A stretch of DNA of 64,000 nt from an uncultured bacterium. Its GTDB lineage: Bacteria > Verrucomicrobiota > Verrucomicrobiia > Limisphaerales > UBA8199. The position numbers and the translations under genes are program-made. Location: positions 64,001 through 128,000 of the forward strand of contig CAVVMW010000005.1 in NCBI GenBank assembly GCA_963749495.1. The letters run 5' to 3'. A model generated the notes under the pieces. The model saw only the letters and a program-made list of their open reading frames with translations. It did not search any database and had not been told where the DNA came from. Shown piece after piece: positions 61,127 to 64,000 of the stretch (its first letter is position 1; each line of letters begins with the position of its first letter).

Positions 61127-62966
61127 CTCCCAGGTCCATCAGTTGAAGCAGCGCCGTTTCGCGGTAGGGGCCGGGCAGCCGCGTCAGTTCCTCGTGGGCG
61201 CCGCTTTGGATGAGGCGCCCTTTGTCCAGGACCAGGATGAGGTCGGCCCGGCGCAGCAGGCTCAACCGGTTGGCGACGATAAACGTGGTGCGGCCCGCCA
61301 TGGCCTGGCGCAGCGCCGAGAGGATTTCATGCTCGGTCTTTGGGTCGACCGATGCGGTGGGGTCGTCCAGGATCAGAATCGGCGGCTGGAGCAGCAGCGC
61401 CCGCGCCAGCGCCAGCCGCTGGCGCTGTCCGCCTGATAAATCGGCCCCCGCCTCGCCCAGGACCGTCTCATAACCGTGCGGTAGCTCGATGATGAACCCG
61501 TGCGCCGAGGCCGCCCGTGCCGCGGCTTCGATCTCCCCCTGCGTGGCGTGCGGGTTGCCGAAGGCGATGTTGGCGGCAACCGTGTTCGAGAACAGGAAGC
61601 TCTCCTGATAAACGATCCCGATCTGGCGGCGGAAGCTGTCCAGGTCCAACTCCCGCAAGTCGCGGCCATCCGCCAGGATGCGCCCCTGTTGCGGGTCATA
61701 GAAGCGGGGCACCAGGCCCAGCAGCGAACTCTTGCCCGAACCGGTCATGCCGAAGATGCCGATGACCTGTCCCGGGGCGGCGGCGAACGAGATGTCGCGC
61801 AAGACGCGCTCCCTGGGCGTGTAACCGAAGCAGACGTTCTCGAAGACAATCCGCCCCGAGAGGCGGCCCGGCACGACAGCCCCGGGCTGGTTCTGGACCT
61901 CGGAGGGGGTGTCCAGCACCTCGAAAACGCGGCGGGCGGCGGTGAAGCTCTGCTGGACCGAGTTGGCGATCGTGGTGATGTTGGCCACTTGCCCGTTGAA
62001 TTGCTGGAGCAGGCCGGCAAAGACGACCAGCCCGCCGCCCAGCGCAATCCGGCCCTGGACGTAGAGCCAGCCGCCGTAGGCAAAGAGGATGACCAGGCTC
62101 AGTTGCGAGAGAAACTGGGTGGCCGGCGTGAACATCGAGATGTCCAGGAAGATGCGCTTCTGCTGCTCGGAGACCCGGTCGTTGGCATCTTCGAACCGCC
62201 GCACCTGGTGCGGCTCGGCGGCGAATCCCTTGACCGTCTGCGCGCCGCGCACGCTCTCGGTGAAGAGCAGCACCAGGTGATCGAAGAGCTCGCGGTTGCG
62301 CATGTAGGCCGGCCGCAGCCGCCCCGAATAGTAGTGCGTGACCCACCACAGCCCGCCCGTCACCGAGAGGCAGGCCAGCGTCAGCGCCGCATGAATCCGC
62401 CACATGAACACAAAATAGGCGCCCAGCGTGAGCGCCATGTTGACGCCTTGCAGCACCACACCATCCACGAACAGCCGCGTGTTCTGCACGTCGCCCGTGA
62501 CACGGTTGAAGATCGAACTCGAACCGTGGACATCGAAGAAGCGGAAGCTCAGGCGCTGGAGTTGGGCATAGACCCGGCCCCGCAGGTCCGGGACGATCTT
62601 GCCCTGGGTCAGCCGCGCCGTGATCATGTTGTACTGGTAGGTGAGCACGGCGCGCAGCAGCGCCTGGACCACAATGGCCCCGGACAACACCGTCACCACC
62701 TGCAGCGGCGTCCACCCCGGCGGCGGCCTCCAGCCCAGCGGATAGACCGGCGCCCGCTGGGTCGCATCCAGGGCGTGCCGAATCACGTCCACCGCCACGC
62801 CCAGCAACTGCAGCCCCGCCAGGCCCAGCAGCAACAGCGCCAGGCTCAGCAGCACCGACAGCAGGCAGTCCCCGCGGAATTGCCACGCCAGGGCCAGCAG
62901 CCGCCGCACCAGTTCCCCTGTCGAGTAGGAGTGCTCGCCGCGCTTCATGGAAGTCGAGTCAGACAT
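61119..62966 (-). CDS. ABC exporter TMD-NBD half-transporter A
   Basis: GMTGSGKS, LSGGQRQR, degenerate Walker B (LDD) and switch (ANR). Confidence 0.93.
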   Translation of the reverse strand: MSDSTSMKRGEHSYSTGELVRRLLALAWQFRGDCLLSVLLSLALLLLGLAGLQLLGVAVDVIRHALDATQRAPVYPLGWRPPPGWTPLQVVTVLSGAIVVQALLRAVLTYQYNMITARLTQGKIVPDLRGRVYAQLQRLSFRFFDVHGSSSIFNRVTGDVQNTRLFVDGVVLQGVNMALTLGAYFVFMWRIHAALTLACLSVTGGLWWVTHYYSGRLRPAYMRNRELFDHLVLLFTESVRGAQTVKGFAAEPHQVRRFEDANDRVSEQQKRIFLDISMFTPATQFLSQLSLVILFAYGGWLYVQGRIALGGGLVVFAGLLQQFNGQVANITTIANSVQQSFTAARRVFEVLDTPSEVQNQPGAVVPGRLSGRIVFENVCFGYTPRERVLRDISFAAAPGQVIGIFGMTGSGKSSLLGLVPRFYDPQQGRILADGRDLRELDLDSFRRQIGIVYQESFLFSNTVAANIAFGNPHATQGEIEAAARAASAHGFIIELPHGYETVLGEAGADLSGGQRQRLALARALLLQPPILILDDPTASVDPKTEHEILSALRQAMAGRTTFIVANRLSLLRRADLILVLDKGRLIQSGAHEELTRLPGPYRETALLQLMDLGDE

Positions 62967-63049
62967 CTTCAGCCTTTCAGTATCGTGTTTCCCGGCTGGT
63001 TTTCAATAGCAGAGGGACAACCCAAATCCTCGCCTAAGAGTTTTTGAGG

Positions 63050-63116
63050 AACCGCGGAATACGCGGAATACGCGGAAAAGAAAGGGCCTTCCGCGTATTC
63101 CGCGTATTCCGCGGTT
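63050..63116. repeat. Inverted 9-mer element (CGCGGAATA)3 / (TATTCCGCG)3
   Basis: Read directly. Confidence 0.85.
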
Positions 63117-63301
63117 CTCTATTTCCTCTCGATTGGCATGGAAATTGAGCAAGTCCGGTTCTTCCGGTGCGTCTTGCAGAACAGGATTCTCTAGCCGTGG
63201 TTTTGGGGACAAGGGACGGGGGGAAAGGGAGCCTGAGACAAGATTCTTTGCGTCTCCGCGGTTTAACAGGATCTTCCGAAACCCGACATGGCCTCCTTTT
63301 T

Positions 63302-63549
63302 TCACTTCAAGCGGTTTAATTGACTTTAATTGGCTTTAAGCCATTCGAGAAAGCCGCCCTGCTTCCACTGGGACAGATTGACCTCGTTGATGGGCTGGCC
63401 GTCGAAATGCTCGGCGAGCACGCCCTGGACCTCCGGCAGGGAATTGAGCCAGGCGGCGAGGTCCTTGGCTTCCTGGCCGTCGTCGAGCCGCTGGTTGAGC
63501 TGGTCGCGAATGGCGCGGGCAGACGGGCGATTTTGCCGTTGCCTGTCAT
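63302..63549 (-). pseudogene. Fragment of a DUF3486-like (phage Mu gp27-like) protein
   Basis: MTGNGKIARLP, frameshift, then IRDQLNQRLDDG...WLNSLPEV...NLSQWKQGGF.EWL and an early stop. Confidence 0.5.
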
Positions 63550-63799
63550 CGGGCGGGGCGGCAGGCCTCCAGGGAGTCCAGGCAGGGATGCTCTTGATTC
63601 AAGTTGACGGGGTAATTCCATGGCGGAGTCGGCGAGACCTCATTACTGGAGTTTCTCATGGACGCCACTATGCGCCGCTTCCACCGCTCCTGTCCACGGA
63701 CAGAGCGGACTGTTCGGACAATGCGGAGTTTTACGGTTGGGCCGGCTTTCGATGGGGTGGATTTTGGCCGCCCGCGAAGCGGCAATGGCGGGTCTTTGT

Positions 63800-63878
63800 G
63801 AATGTCATCGCGCCGACCCCCACGACTCATCAGATGGTACACGGCACCCGGAAACTGAATGCGCAGTTGGCGCGGCAT
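63800..63878 (-). pseudogene. Y1/RAYT-type tyrosine transposase N-terminal remnant
   Basis: MPRQLRIQFPGAVYHLMSRG.RRDDI; no HUH motif follows. Confidence 0.75.
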
Positions 63879-64000
63879 GGTCCATTGTGGCTGCCCCGCC
63901 CGTGCTGTCACTCGAAAATGCACAATGTAAGGGCTGGTACCCCTTTCCTGGAAACGCAGGGAATCGGCGATGGTCGCCAGATTGACTTCCGAGGGGAAAG

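Noticed and set aside
61119..61400. Inactive ABC ATPase (LDD Walker B, no switch His)
   Set aside because: This is the expected degenerate site of heterodimeric exporters; the partner has canonical DE and H
8029..63047. Long antisense or alternate-frame ORFs (e.g. 8029-9531, 23665-25509, 35675-37678, 41489-43231, 52986-54857, 61500-63047)
   Set aside because: Shadow ORFs of high-GC genes, with no recognisable motifs

Overview
GC-rich bacterial chromosomal window. Gene content (BatA/BatB vWA proteins, TIGR02999-type ECF sigma with Ser/Thr kinases, FG-GAP/Ig proteins, CotH, PQQ-like propeller) suggests Verrucomicrobiota; this is inference. It carries ald, ppk2, kdpD/kdpE, polA, an RNB nuclease, a heterodimeric ABC exporter and several CAZymes. 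About 15 single-base frameshifts are probably long-read errors; six can be placed directly after TCGA. Main observations: (1) an ECF-sigma/receptor-kinase array at 18.4-30.4 kb with a shared promoter-like motif (x3), a 7-codon mini-ORF coupled to every kinase start (x4) and two collapsed kinase relics; (2) a DUF4338(DruA-like)-ISAs1 element and a 186-bp MITE with related ends, inserted in tandem at one 9-bp target; (3) a tandem R-DUF559-R-DUF559-R unit built from palindromic repeats; (4) many REP-like, heptamer, 9-mer and 12-mer repeats, several in frame in protein N-termini; (5) a decayed defence-like islet that keeps an intact XRE + PD-(D/E)xK nuclease pair. No rRNA, tRNA, CRISPR array or reverse transcriptase was recognised. 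All family calls come from motif recognition by eye, not database searches.
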